A model generated the notes under the pieces. The model made no database searches, was not told where the DNA came from, and saw nothing but the letters and a program-made list of their open reading frames with translations. This document shows positions 26,937 through 35,349 of a stretch of 43,900 nucleotides of DNA, one piece after another; position 1 is the stretch's first letter; each line of letters begins with the position of its first letter. This DNA comes from Clostridium sp. CAG:448. Its GTDB lineage: Bacteria > Bacillota > Clostridia > Oscillospirales > CAG-272. The stretch spans positions 1-43,900 of the forward strand of contig FR890455.1 in the NCBI GenBank assembly GCA_000433415.1. Reading direction: 5' to 3'. A program made the translations under genes and the position numbers.

Positions 26937-29900
26937 ATGAAATCAGGTTACAGAATAATTTCAATGTTCTTGACTCTTTTGTTACTGTTCGGCGCACTGG
27001 AGTGTCTGGTGATTACGACGTATGCGGATGAGGAAACGACAACGGACGGCGGAACCACCGGCGGAGACGAGGATACGGTTACAACGGTTGACTATACCGT
27101 TACTCCCTATGTTTCCGAAGCAGACAAACTGGCAACCATGACGCATTATCCGCATGCGGATAAAAAGGTAAAGAGCGAAAACGGTAAGACCTATAGCTAT
27201 CAGCTTTACGTGGATGAATATTCCGGTGAGGTTGCGGAGGTCTACTGCGACGAGAATGGGAACATTATCGATACGCTGTTTACCAACCCGTACGATGTAG
27301 GTGTGTCCACCGCGTCCACCTCCATCAAACAGCAGATCCTGTCGCAGATCACCGTAAAATATACGGATAACGATAACGACAAGTACTTCTACAGCTATGA
27401 GCAGGCTGCAATGCGCAACCAGATCAAGGTGAAGAAGATCAAAAACGGTATCCGCGTGGAATATACCATCGGACGTGAGGAAGCACGTTTGCTGCTCCCC
27501 AGACTGATTACCAATGAGCGTTTTGAAACGATGATTCTGGCGCCGATGCGTGAGGCACTGGGCGAGAATTCCTTCATGTACAAGAAATTCACTGCATACT
27601 ATCTGGAAAAGAATCTGGATAAGATTACTTCCCAGCGTGCAAGAGAAGAAATGATCGCAGTGTTTCCGATCGTGGAGAAGTACGCCGTTTGGGTCTTTGA
27701 CCCGACTGCATCCGACGCCGAGAAGAACCTTTGTGAGGAATTGATCAAGGCGAACTGCCCGGATTATTCCTACGAGGAATTGGACACCGACCATGAAATG
27801 ACGCAGTATCAGGGTGAAGAAGATAATCCACCGCTGTTTAAGATGGCGTTGGAGTATACGCTGGATGCCAACGGTATGACTGTTCGTTTGCCTGCAAACG
27901 GTATCCGGTTCAATGAGTCCCTGTATCAGTTGACCTATGTGGAGGTTCTTCCTTACATGGGAGCGGGCAATAACCTGTATAACGGGTATACGATGTACCC
28001 GGACGGTTCAGGCGCGCTGTTCGCATTTGCCGATCCGTCTCTGAAAACCAAAATTTCGGTTACAGGTAAGGTTTACGGATCCGACTACGCTTACCATACC
28101 ATTTCCGGTACCTATCAGCAGGCGATCCGCTATCCGGTGTACGGTATTCAGGAGGATACGACCTATGTGAACCTGGAGCAGGAGGATGGTACAAGTACCA
28201 TTATTTCCGGTTCTGTGGTGAAGAAAATGGAAGACATGACAACCGTTCCAGATGCGTTGCGCGCGTATAAGCAGCTTTTGAACGCAAGTGCCAATGCAAC
28301 GGGAGATTCGCAGGTCACACGGACTGATATTACCAAGAGCCGCGCATTCCTCGCCATCATTGAAGAAGGAGATGCTTTGGCATCAATCTCTACATACACG
28401 GACGCAACCGAGAGCGAATATAGCGCAATGCGGATGCAGTTCAATCCCCGCCCGAAGGACTCCTACAACATTCAGGATTCCATCTCGGTTGGTTCCAACT
28501 CTACTTGGACCGTGGTCAGTAACCGAAAGTATGTCGGAAACTACAAGATCCGTTATGTCCTGTGTACAGATGAGAAAACCGCCAAGGCGGAGAATCTGGA
28601 TAAGTACTATGACGCAAGCTGGTTTGGCATGGCAGTCGCGTACCGGGATTACCTGGAGCGCGAAGGTGCTCTGACCCGTTTGACCGCGGAGGATATTGAA
28701 GACGATATTCCGCTGTACATCGAATCGTTCGGTACGCTGGAAACGACCGAGAAAATCCTGTCCGTCCCGGTCAATGTAATGACCCCTCTGACGACCTTTG
28801 AGAATGTCAAAACCATGTATGACGAATTGAGCAAAGCCGGTATCAAGAATATCAATTTCAAGCTGACCGGTTTTGCAAATGGCGGTATGTACTCCAATGT
28901 GCCGTACGATCTGAAGTTTGAGAATTCGGTAGGCGGCAACAAGGGATTCCAGGAACTCTTGGATTACGCAAAAGAAGTATCCGAGCAGACCGGAAAGCAC
29001 CTGGGCATTTATCCTGATTTTGATTTTGCATACGTTGTGAATGACACATTGTTTGATGCCACCGTGCTCAAACTGCATGCGTCAAAGACCATTGACGACC
29101 GTTATGCAAGTAAAAAATACTATGTTGCAACCAAGCAGAAGTATCAGGGCAGATACGAAATGGTGCTCTCGCCGGCGTATATGAGCCACTTCTACAAGCA
29201 CTTGATTGCAAATTATCTGGGTAATTTCAACAATGTAACCGGTATTTCCGTTGGTTCGCTTGGTTCCGCTCTGAACTCTGACTTTGATGAGGATGAGCCT
29301 TACAACCGCGAGGACGCAAAGGAATTCACAATCAGCGCCTTTGAGTATCTGAATAAGGCGGGACTGAGTGTGATGACCGAAGGCGGCAACTCCTATACCT
29401 GGAAATATGCGGATCATATCCTGGGAATTTCCCTGGATTCCAGCCGTTATAACAAGGCAAGTTGCTCCATTCCGTTTGTCGGTGTCATTCTGCACGGTTA
29501 CAAACAGTTCTCCGACGATCCGCTCAACATGGAGGGCGATATCCAGTACGCCATGTTGAAGATTCTGGAAAACGGAGCTTCTCCGTATTTCACACTTTCC
29601 TATCAGAACACACAGAAGCTCAAGGACTTCACCTATCTGAGCAACTACTATTCCGTGCGTTATGATATCTGGAAAGAGGATATGATTGACAAGTACAACG
29701 AGCTGAACGCTGTGTTGCGGGATGTACAGCTCAATCTGATCACCAAGCACGAATTTATCAACGGTACCCGTGTACCTGACGTAGATGAATTGGAATCGGA
29801 TATCGACCAGGCGATGAGCGAATATCGCGAAAGAGAACTCGCCGAAGTTGAGGAAGCGGAAAAGCTGCTCCTGCAGAAGGTGGGTAATGCCCGTAAGAAG

Positions 29901-31670
29901 ATCAGAGAGGTAGAAGATGCCCTCGCAAAGGCAGTGACAGCGACAGGTTCCGCAAGAAACAATGCGCAGGTCAACAAGTTTACGGTCGATGACAAGATGG
30001 CAAATTACAAGTCTGCCATTCTTGAGTATGTCGATGCGGTTGCAAAGGGTTGGGATAAACTGGCGGATTCCACGGATGAGACAGACGCGGCAAATTATCA
30101 GGCGTATGTCAACACCACAAAATCCGTTACCAAGGAACGCTACCGTCTGATCGTCGCTTTGGCACAGGTCGGAAACTATGCGAAGATTGCTGAGGATTCC
30201 ATGAATTCCGTTATTGAGCTTTTGGATGTCAGCCGTCAGGCAGTCGAGGATGTCAAGAACGGTGTCAAGGATATTGAGGACGAAGCAGTTAAACAGACAA
30301 TCATCAGTGATTCCGAGCGCCTGTACAATCTGTCTGCACTGTACCTGAACGGTCTTGCAAACGGAGAAAAGGGCTACTATGAGGTGAAGGCACGCTACCA
30401 GGATGCATACTTTGATCAGTTGCTTGCCGACGGCACCAGACTTTATGATCTGAATGCGGAGTATGAAAAGGTTGTGCAGTATATGACTGCGGTTGCCGCA
30501 TTGGATAGTCTTCTGAGCGCAAAGAAGAATTTGACTGCTGCTCTTGCTGCAATTGAAAAGGCAACGGCTTTGGTGGAAACCCGCCGGAAGGCAGTTGACG
30601 AGGCGGCAGATGATGCAGCCAAAGAGAAAGCGGAAGCCGCACTGCAGACTGCAAAAGAAGATCTTGCAACGCAGGAAAGCAACCGCGACGCACTGAATGT
30701 GCTGATTGAAAAGCTGATTGCGGCCGGTACCGAGGCGGGTTACGATCTGGATGCCATCGAAAAGGCAGAAGACCTGAAGATCAAAGCAGACGTACCGTAT
30801 GTGTACACCACTTCAAACAGTGAAGCTCTGCGTCAGTATGTTGTATACAGCTTGGGCAGTAAACTGAATGCCGAGTTGGGTATTGCAGGCGAGATCAACG
30901 CTTATGCCGAAAAATATGTACTTGCAGAGGCTTACATTGCCGCAAAGAAAGCTTACGATACGGCTGTTAAGGATGAGGCAAAGGCAAAGCAGGCATATGA
31001 GAAGGATCAGACCGATGCACTGAAGGCTGCTTACGAAGCTGCACAGAAGGTAAAGGCTGATTGCAAGGCGGTGATGGATGCATACCTTGCAAAGGATGCG
31101 GCGCTTGAAAAGGTCACCAATGTAAATCAGTACGTAACCGTAGGCGACTATGTGAAGTTTGTCTATGAACAGAGCAACCTCTCCTATGCGTTGATCAGTG
31201 CACGAAACAAACTCAAAAAGGAAATCGCCGATCAGCTCGGAACTGACTTCACAGAGGAATCCCTTAATATTCCTGCCAAGGTGCAGGCAACCGACTTCTT
31301 CAGCTTTACTTATTGCATCACGGAAAATAAGGAATTGGCAGCCAAGGCGTTTGAAGAAAGCGTACAGGGCGTACTTGATTTCTGTTCCAGTGTGGAACTC
31401 CCTGCCGAGTACACGGTTACACGCAAGGACATCACTGACAGAATGTCAAACAACAATTCCGGTACAAAAGAAGAAGAAACCAAGACTGACTTTGATAAGT
31501 ACGCGACCAGCGGCAATAAGATTGTTGCCGTGACGTACGGTAATGATGATGGCAGTGTCAAGAAGGTCATCATTATCAACTACAACAACTTCGCGGTAAA
31601 GGTAGAGTACAATGGCAAGCTGTACACCATTGCGAAATTCGGTTATGAGATTATTCTCGGCAATCATTGA
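26937..31670 (+). CDS. 1577-aa secreted or membrane-anchored protein. It has a large N-terminal domain of unknown function (possibly the family annotated DUF5696, glycosidase-like), a roughly 490-aa alpha-helical insertion, and a short beta-rich C-terminus.
   Basis: RBS GAGGAGAGGAG. N-terminal hydrophobic signal or anchor IISMFLTLLLLFGAL. Central segments read PLYIESFGTLE..., LTGFANGGMY, GIYPDFDFAYV and VMTEGGNSYTW...IPFVGVILHGY. An A/E/K/D-rich helical region spans aa ~948-1435. The C-terminus reads KIVAVTYGNDDGSVKKVIIINYNNFAVKVEYNGKLYTI. Confidence 0.85.
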   Translation: MKSGYRIISMFLTLLLLFGALECLVITTYADEETTTDGGTTGGDEDTVTTVDYTVTPYVSEADKLATMTHYPHADKKVKSENGKTYSYQLYVDEYSGEVAEVYCDENGNIIDTLFTNPYDVGVSTASTSIKQQILSQITVKYTDNDNDKYFYSYEQAAMRNQIKVKKIKNGIRVEYTIGREEARLLLPRLITNERFETMILAPMREALGENSFMYKKFTAYYLEKNLDKITSQRAREEMIAVFPIVEKYAVWVFDPTASDAEKNLCEELIKANCPDYSYEELDTDHEMTQYQGEEDNPPLFKMALEYTLDANGMTVRLPANGIRFNESLYQLTYVEVLPYMGAGNNLYNGYTMYPDGSGALFAFADPSLKTKISVTGKVYGSDYAYHTISGTYQQAIRYPVYGIQEDTTYVNLEQEDGTSTIISGSVVKKMEDMTTVPDALRAYKQLLNASANATGDSQVTRTDITKSRAFLAIIEEGDALASISTYTDATESEYSAMRMQFNPRPKDSYNIQDSISVGSNSTWTVVSNRKYVGNYKIRYVLCTDEKTAKAENLDKYYDASWFGMAVAYRDYLEREGALTRLTAEDIEDDIPLYIESFGTLETTEKILSVPVNVMTPLTTFENVKTMYDELSKAGIKNINFKLTGFANGGMYSNVPYDLKFENSVGGNKGFQELLDYAKEVSEQTGKHLGIYPDFDFAYVVNDTLFDATVLKLHASKTIDDRYASKKYYVATKQKYQGRYEMVLSPAYMSHFYKHLIANYLGNFNNVTGISVGSLGSALNSDFDEDEPYNREDAKEFTISAFEYLNKAGLSVMTEGGNSYTWKYADHILGISLDSSRYNKASCSIPFVGVILHGYKQFSDDPLNMEGDIQYAMLKILENGASPYFTLSYQNTQKLKDFTYLSNYYSVRYDIWKEDMIDKYNELNAVLRDVQLNLITKHEFINGTRVPDVDELESDIDQAMSEYRERELAEVEEAEKLLLQKVGNARKKIREVEDALAKAVTATGSARNNAQVNKFTVDDKMANYKSAILEYVDAVAKGWDKLADSTDETDAANYQAYVNTTKSVTKERYRLIVALAQVGNYAKIAEDSMNSVIELLDVSRQAVEDVKNGVKDIEDEAVKQTIISDSERLYNLSALYLNGLANGEKGYYEVKARYQDAYFDQLLADGTRLYDLNAEYEKVVQYMTAVAALDSLLSAKKNLTAALAAIEKATALVETRRKAVDEAADDAAKEKAEAALQTAKEDLATQESNRDALNVLIEKLIAAGTEAGYDLDAIEKAEDLKIKADVPYVYTTSNSEALRQYVVYSLGSKLNAELGIAGEINAYAEKYVLAEAYIAAKKAYDTAVKDEAKAKQAYEKDQTDALKAAYEAAQKVKADCKAVMDAYLAKDAALEKVTNVNQYVTVGDYVKFVYEQSNLSYALISARNKLKKEIADQLGTDFTEESLNIPAKVQATDFFSFTYCITENKELAAKAFEESVQGVLDFCSSVELPAEYTVTRKDITDRMSNNNSGTKEEETKTDFDKYATSGNKIVAVTYGNDDGSVKKVIIINYNNFAVKVEYNGKLYTIAKFGYEIILGNH

Positions 31671-31684
31671 TGGGAGGTGTGAAG

Positions 31685-32674
31685 ATGACAAACCAAGCAA
31701 AAGCACAAACAACAGTGACTCCCGGCAAGACGGCACCGAAAAAGCGTAAGATTGCCTCTTTGGACAAACGAAAAGCACGGATGGGGTGGGTATTCGTCCT
31801 GCCCTTCGTGATCGGATTTGTCTGCGTTTATCTGCCGATTATCTTTGAGTCCATTCAACTCAGTTTTTACAAAATTTCCATTGTGGGTGCCGGCGGCGGC
31901 TTTGAAAAAGAGTTCGTTGGCTGGGACAACTACAGTTGGGCACTCGGAACCGACCCGGACTTCGTCCGCACGTTGGTGGAGGGTCTGAAGGAACTGGCAT
32001 TCGATATTCCCGCGATCATCATTTTCTCCCTGTTCATGGCAGTGTTGCTGAACCAGAAAATGATCGGACGTGCGGCATTTCGTGCAATCTTCTTCATCCC
32101 GGTTATTCTTTCCACCGGTATCATGGAGTCCATTGACGCACAGAACATTCTGTCCAGTTACATGGATTCTACCTCCGGTATCGACGACGGTTCGGGAACC
32201 AGCGCGGCGACAGAAATCGTTTCGGCGATCGATATTGAGCGGCTGTTCTCAAACATGAAGGTCGGAGAAGGCATGGTTGAATACGTTGTAAACATGATCA
32301 ACGATATTTACGACATTGTTAACCGTTCCGGCGTACAGATGCTGATCTTCCTTGCCGGCTTGCAGTCTATCTCCCCTGCCATTTATGAGGCGTGCAAGAT
32401 TGACGGCGCAACCTCGTGGGAAACCTTCTGGAAGATTACATTCCCGATGATCAGCCCGATGATTCTTGTAAACGGTATTTATACCATTATCGACTCCTTT
32501 ACGACCGATTCCAATACAGTTATGACCTACATTGCGTCTGTGTATAAACAGAACGACGGTGACGTCCGCAGTTCTGCAATGGCGTGGATGTACTTCCTGA
32601 TTGTCATTGCCATCATCGCCGTAGTCGGAGCAATCTTCTCTGCATTTGTCTTCTATCAGAGAAGGGAATCTTAA
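31685..32674 (+). CDS. Carbohydrate ABC transporter permease (MalF-like), pair 2
   Basis: GGGAGG (31672-31677) precedes the ATG at 31685. EAA loop IYEACKIDGATSWETFWKITFPMISP. Confidence 0.9.
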   Translation: MTNQAKAQTTVTPGKTAPKKRKIASLDKRKARMGWVFVLPFVIGFVCVYLPIIFESIQLSFYKISIVGAGGGFEKEFVGWDNYSWALGTDPDFVRTLVEGLKELAFDIPAIIIFSLFMAVLLNQKMIGRAAFRAIFFIPVILSTGIMESIDAQNILSSYMDSTSGIDDGSGTSAATEIVSAIDIERLFSNMKVGEGMVEYVVNMINDIYDIVNRSGVQMLIFLAGLQSISPAIYEACKIDGATSWETFWKITFPMISPMILVNGIYTIIDSFTTDSNTVMTYIASVYKQNDGDVRSSAMAWMYFLIVIAIIAVVGAIFSAFVFYQRRES

Positions 32675-32692
32675 AGAAAGGAGGAGCAGAAA

Positions 32693-33802
32693 ATGGAGAA
32701 AACAAATCAAGCGGTTGCCGCAAACGAAAGCGGCAGACCGATTATTAAAGAGTCAAAGCGTTCCATCAAGATGGACTTTGACCGCACACCGCTGAAGGAT
32801 CGGCTGAAGGCGAAATTCCTGAACATGTATTTTGTAACCAGAGTGATCTGGTACATCTTCCGCCTGGTTCTTCTGATCGGTATTTCCTATATCGTTCTGT
32901 ATCCCTTCTTTACAAAGATTGCCGGTTCCTTTATGGCACCGGAGGACTTCGTAGATGTAACGGTTCGTTTGATCCCGAAGCATTGGACGTTGGATATTTA
33001 CAAGGCGATTATCACAGAGCTGGATTATTTTGAGGCATTTCTGAATTCCTTCATTTTGTCCGGTATGGTCGCTTTGATGCAGACGTTTATCTGTTCTTTG
33101 ATCGGCTACGGCTTGGCAAAGTTCCGTTTCAAGGGAAATAAGCTGGTATTCATGCTCGTAATCCTGACCATGGTGGTCCCGCACCAGACCCTGCAGCTTT
33201 CCATGTTCATGAATTTCCGCTTCTTCGATGTGTTCGGCATTCTGTCCTTCCTGAGCGGAGGTGTGACAACCGGTATTGAGGGGTTGGATGGCATCCTCTC
33301 CAAGATCCATTTGCTGAATTTCCCGAACGGGTTGAATCTGACAAAGACTTATGCACCGTTGATTATTCTGTCCATGACCGGACTTGCATTTAAGAACGGT
33401 TTGTACGTCTTCATGATGCGTCAGTTCTTTACGGGAATTCCGGAATCTTTGGAGGAATCGGCATATATCGACGGATCGGGAACGTTCCGTACCTTCCTGA
33501 CCATCATTCTGCCGATGTCTATTCCGATGATGATTACGATTTTCCTGTTCGCTTTCTGTTGGCAGTGGACCGACGACTTCTACACGTCTTTGTTCTACAT
33601 CAACCAGCAGGTGAAATTGTTGACCGGCATTGTGGAGATCCCGCCGAGTCTGAAGTTGGATTATGCGGGCAAGTCGTTGTATGAAGCGGCGATTCGGAAT
33701 ACCTGCGGTATTATGATTATTCTGCCTTTGATTATCCTCTATATCTTCTGCCAGAACTTCCTGGTACAGGGTATTGAGCGTTCGGGTATCACCGGCGAAT
33801 AA
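32693..33802 (+). CDS. Carbohydrate ABC transporter permease (MalG-like, enlarged external loops), pair 2
   Basis: RBS AGGAGGAG. EAA loop LEESAYIDGSGTFRTFLTIILPMSIP. Confidence 0.9.
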   Translation: MEKTNQAVAANESGRPIIKESKRSIKMDFDRTPLKDRLKAKFLNMYFVTRVIWYIFRLVLLIGISYIVLYPFFTKIAGSFMAPEDFVDVTVRLIPKHWTLDIYKAIITELDYFEAFLNSFILSGMVALMQTFICSLIGYGLAKFRFKGNKLVFMLVILTMVVPHQTLQLSMFMNFRFFDVFGILSFLSGGVTTGIEGLDGILSKIHLLNFPNGLNLTKTYAPLIILSMTGLAFKNGLYVFMMRQFFTGIPESLEESAYIDGSGTFRTFLTIILPMSIPMMITIFLFAFCWQWTDDFYTSLFYINQQVKLLTGIVEIPPSLKLDYAGKSLYEAAIRNTCGIMIILPLIILYIFCQNFLVQGIERSGITGE

Positions 33803-33841
33803 TCCGATCGGCAGATGATCTTACAACAGGGATTGTGACAC

Positions 33842-33869
33842 ACATTCAAACAAACATTCAAACAAACAT
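33842..33869. repeat. Short tandem repeat, 12-mer ACATTCAAACAA x 2.3
   Basis: Read directly from the sequence. It lies between the operon's last stop codon and its terminator hairpin. Confidence 0.9.
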
Positions 33870-33873
33870 AAAG

Positions 33874-33904
33874 GAAAGCCGTTATCCGTGGGATAGCGGC
33901 TTTC
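33874..33904 (+). terminator. Terminator hairpin after the seven-gene operon
   Basis: 14-bp stem GAAAGCCGTTATCC/GGATAGCGGCTTTC (one G-U pair), loop GTG, weak T-rich tail (TCTCTG). Confidence 0.6.
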
Positions 33905-33934
33905 TCTGAGAAGGCGAAGTATTGCGGGAGAGAT

Positions 33935-35284
33935 ATGGATAAAAAGAACAAAGCAACGCGTTACCGGCAACCGGACCGGATCCGACATCCGGAAAAAATC
34001 CGACATTTTGACTTTTCCGTCAAACCAAAGAAACCCGGGCCTCTATTTTCGGTTGCCAAGCATATCCTGGCATGGCCGGATTTGCGGCGACGACATGCAA
34101 AGATTGACAAAGTCAATATGGAATCTCTGGAGGGCAAGCCGTATCTGCTCTTGGTGACGCATTCCTATTTCTGTGATTTTGCCGTGATGATGAAGGTGAC
34201 ACATCCGCACCCCGTGATCAATGTCATGACGCTGGAAGGATTCAATACCTATTCCGCACCATTGATGCGCGCATTGGGGGTCATCGGAAAGCGCAAATTT
34301 GTGCAGGATTTTCATTTGATACGCAATATGAAGTATACGGTGGAGAAACTGAAATGCATTTTTTGTCTGTTTCCGGAGGCACGTTATTCACTGGACGGAT
34401 GCGGTTCCTACATCCCGGAGTCTACGGCAAGCCTTGTTAAGTTGTTGGGGGTTCCGGTCGTGGTACTGCGGATTCACGGGAATTTTGTCACGTGTCCGCA
34501 ATGGAACAAGATTGATAAGGGAACTTATATTGAGGGACGTGCGGAGCCGATTATCACTGCACAGGAAACGCAAACACTTTCCAAAGAGGAGATTTTTACC
34601 CGCATTCGCACCAATTTTACTTATGATGATTTCCGCTGGCAGGCAGAGAACCGCATCCGGATTGACCATCCGCGACGGGCAGAGGGGTTACATTGCCTTT
34701 TGTATAAATGCCCGCATTGCGGGAAGGAATACGAAACCGATTCTGCCGGGACGGAGCTTTGGTGCCGTGCCTGCGGAAAACGTTGGGAGATGGATGTATA
34801 CGGGCAATTGCACGCAAAAGAGGGGGAAACGGAATATCCGCATATTCCCGATTGGTCTGCGTGGGAACGCGATTGTGTGCGGCATGAGATCCTTTCCGGC
34901 ACTTACCGGTTTGAAAGCGAGGCACGCATAGAAACGCTGCCCGGTTGGAAAAAGTTTTACAAACACGGAAGCGGCAGACTGATACAGGATATGACAGGTA
35001 CCTATGTGATTTGCGACAATCTTTACGGAAAGGGAGAATTTACGCTCCATAAAAAGCCGCTGGAGTTGGACAGTGTGCATATCGAGTACGACTATCTTGG
35101 CAGAGGGGATGCGGTTGACATTTCTGTCCCCGATGACAGCTTCTGGTGCTATATAAGGGCCCGTGACGCTATTACGAAACTTTCATTTGCAACCGAAGAA
35201 CTATACCAGAATGCCCGCGCCCGGCGACAGGTTCCGGTGCGGGAGAGCACGCTCTGTCCGGCGGAAACGCCGTCCGCCAAGTAG
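33935..35284 (+). CDS. PlsC/LPLAT-family acyltransferase with a C-terminal zinc-ribbon-containing domain
   Basis: HX4D motif THSYFCD, FPEARYS (FPEGTR-like motif III), and CPHCGKEY...WCRACGKRW. Confidence 0.75.
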   Translation: MDKKNKATRYRQPDRIRHPEKIRHFDFSVKPKKPGPLFSVAKHILAWPDLRRRHAKIDKVNMESLEGKPYLLLVTHSYFCDFAVMMKVTHPHPVINVMTLEGFNTYSAPLMRALGVIGKRKFVQDFHLIRNMKYTVEKLKCIFCLFPEARYSLDGCGSYIPESTASLVKLLGVPVVVLRIHGNFVTCPQWNKIDKGTYIEGRAEPIITAQETQTLSKEEIFTRIRTNFTYDDFRWQAENRIRIDHPRRAEGLHCLLYKCPHCGKEYETDSAGTELWCRACGKRWEMDVYGQLHAKEGETEYPHIPDWSAWERDCVRHEILSGTYRFESEARIETLPGWKKFYKHGSGRLIQDMTGTYVICDNLYGKGEFTLHKKPLELDSVHIEYDYLGRGDAVDISVPDDSFWCYIRARDAITKLSFATEELYQNARARRQVPVRESTLCPAETPSAK

Positions 35285-35349
35285 CGTATTTGGAACCATG
35301 GATTAACATAAATACTGCTTTTTGAAAAGCGGTAGGTAAGGAGAGGGCA

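Noticed and set aside
22910-33802. The two permease pairs might reflect a recent tandem duplication or an assembly artefact
   Set aside because: The paired proteins differ substantially in length and sequence (315/290 aa versus 329/369 aa, with different EAA-loop contexts). They are therefore old paralogues, not a repeat collapse or expansion.
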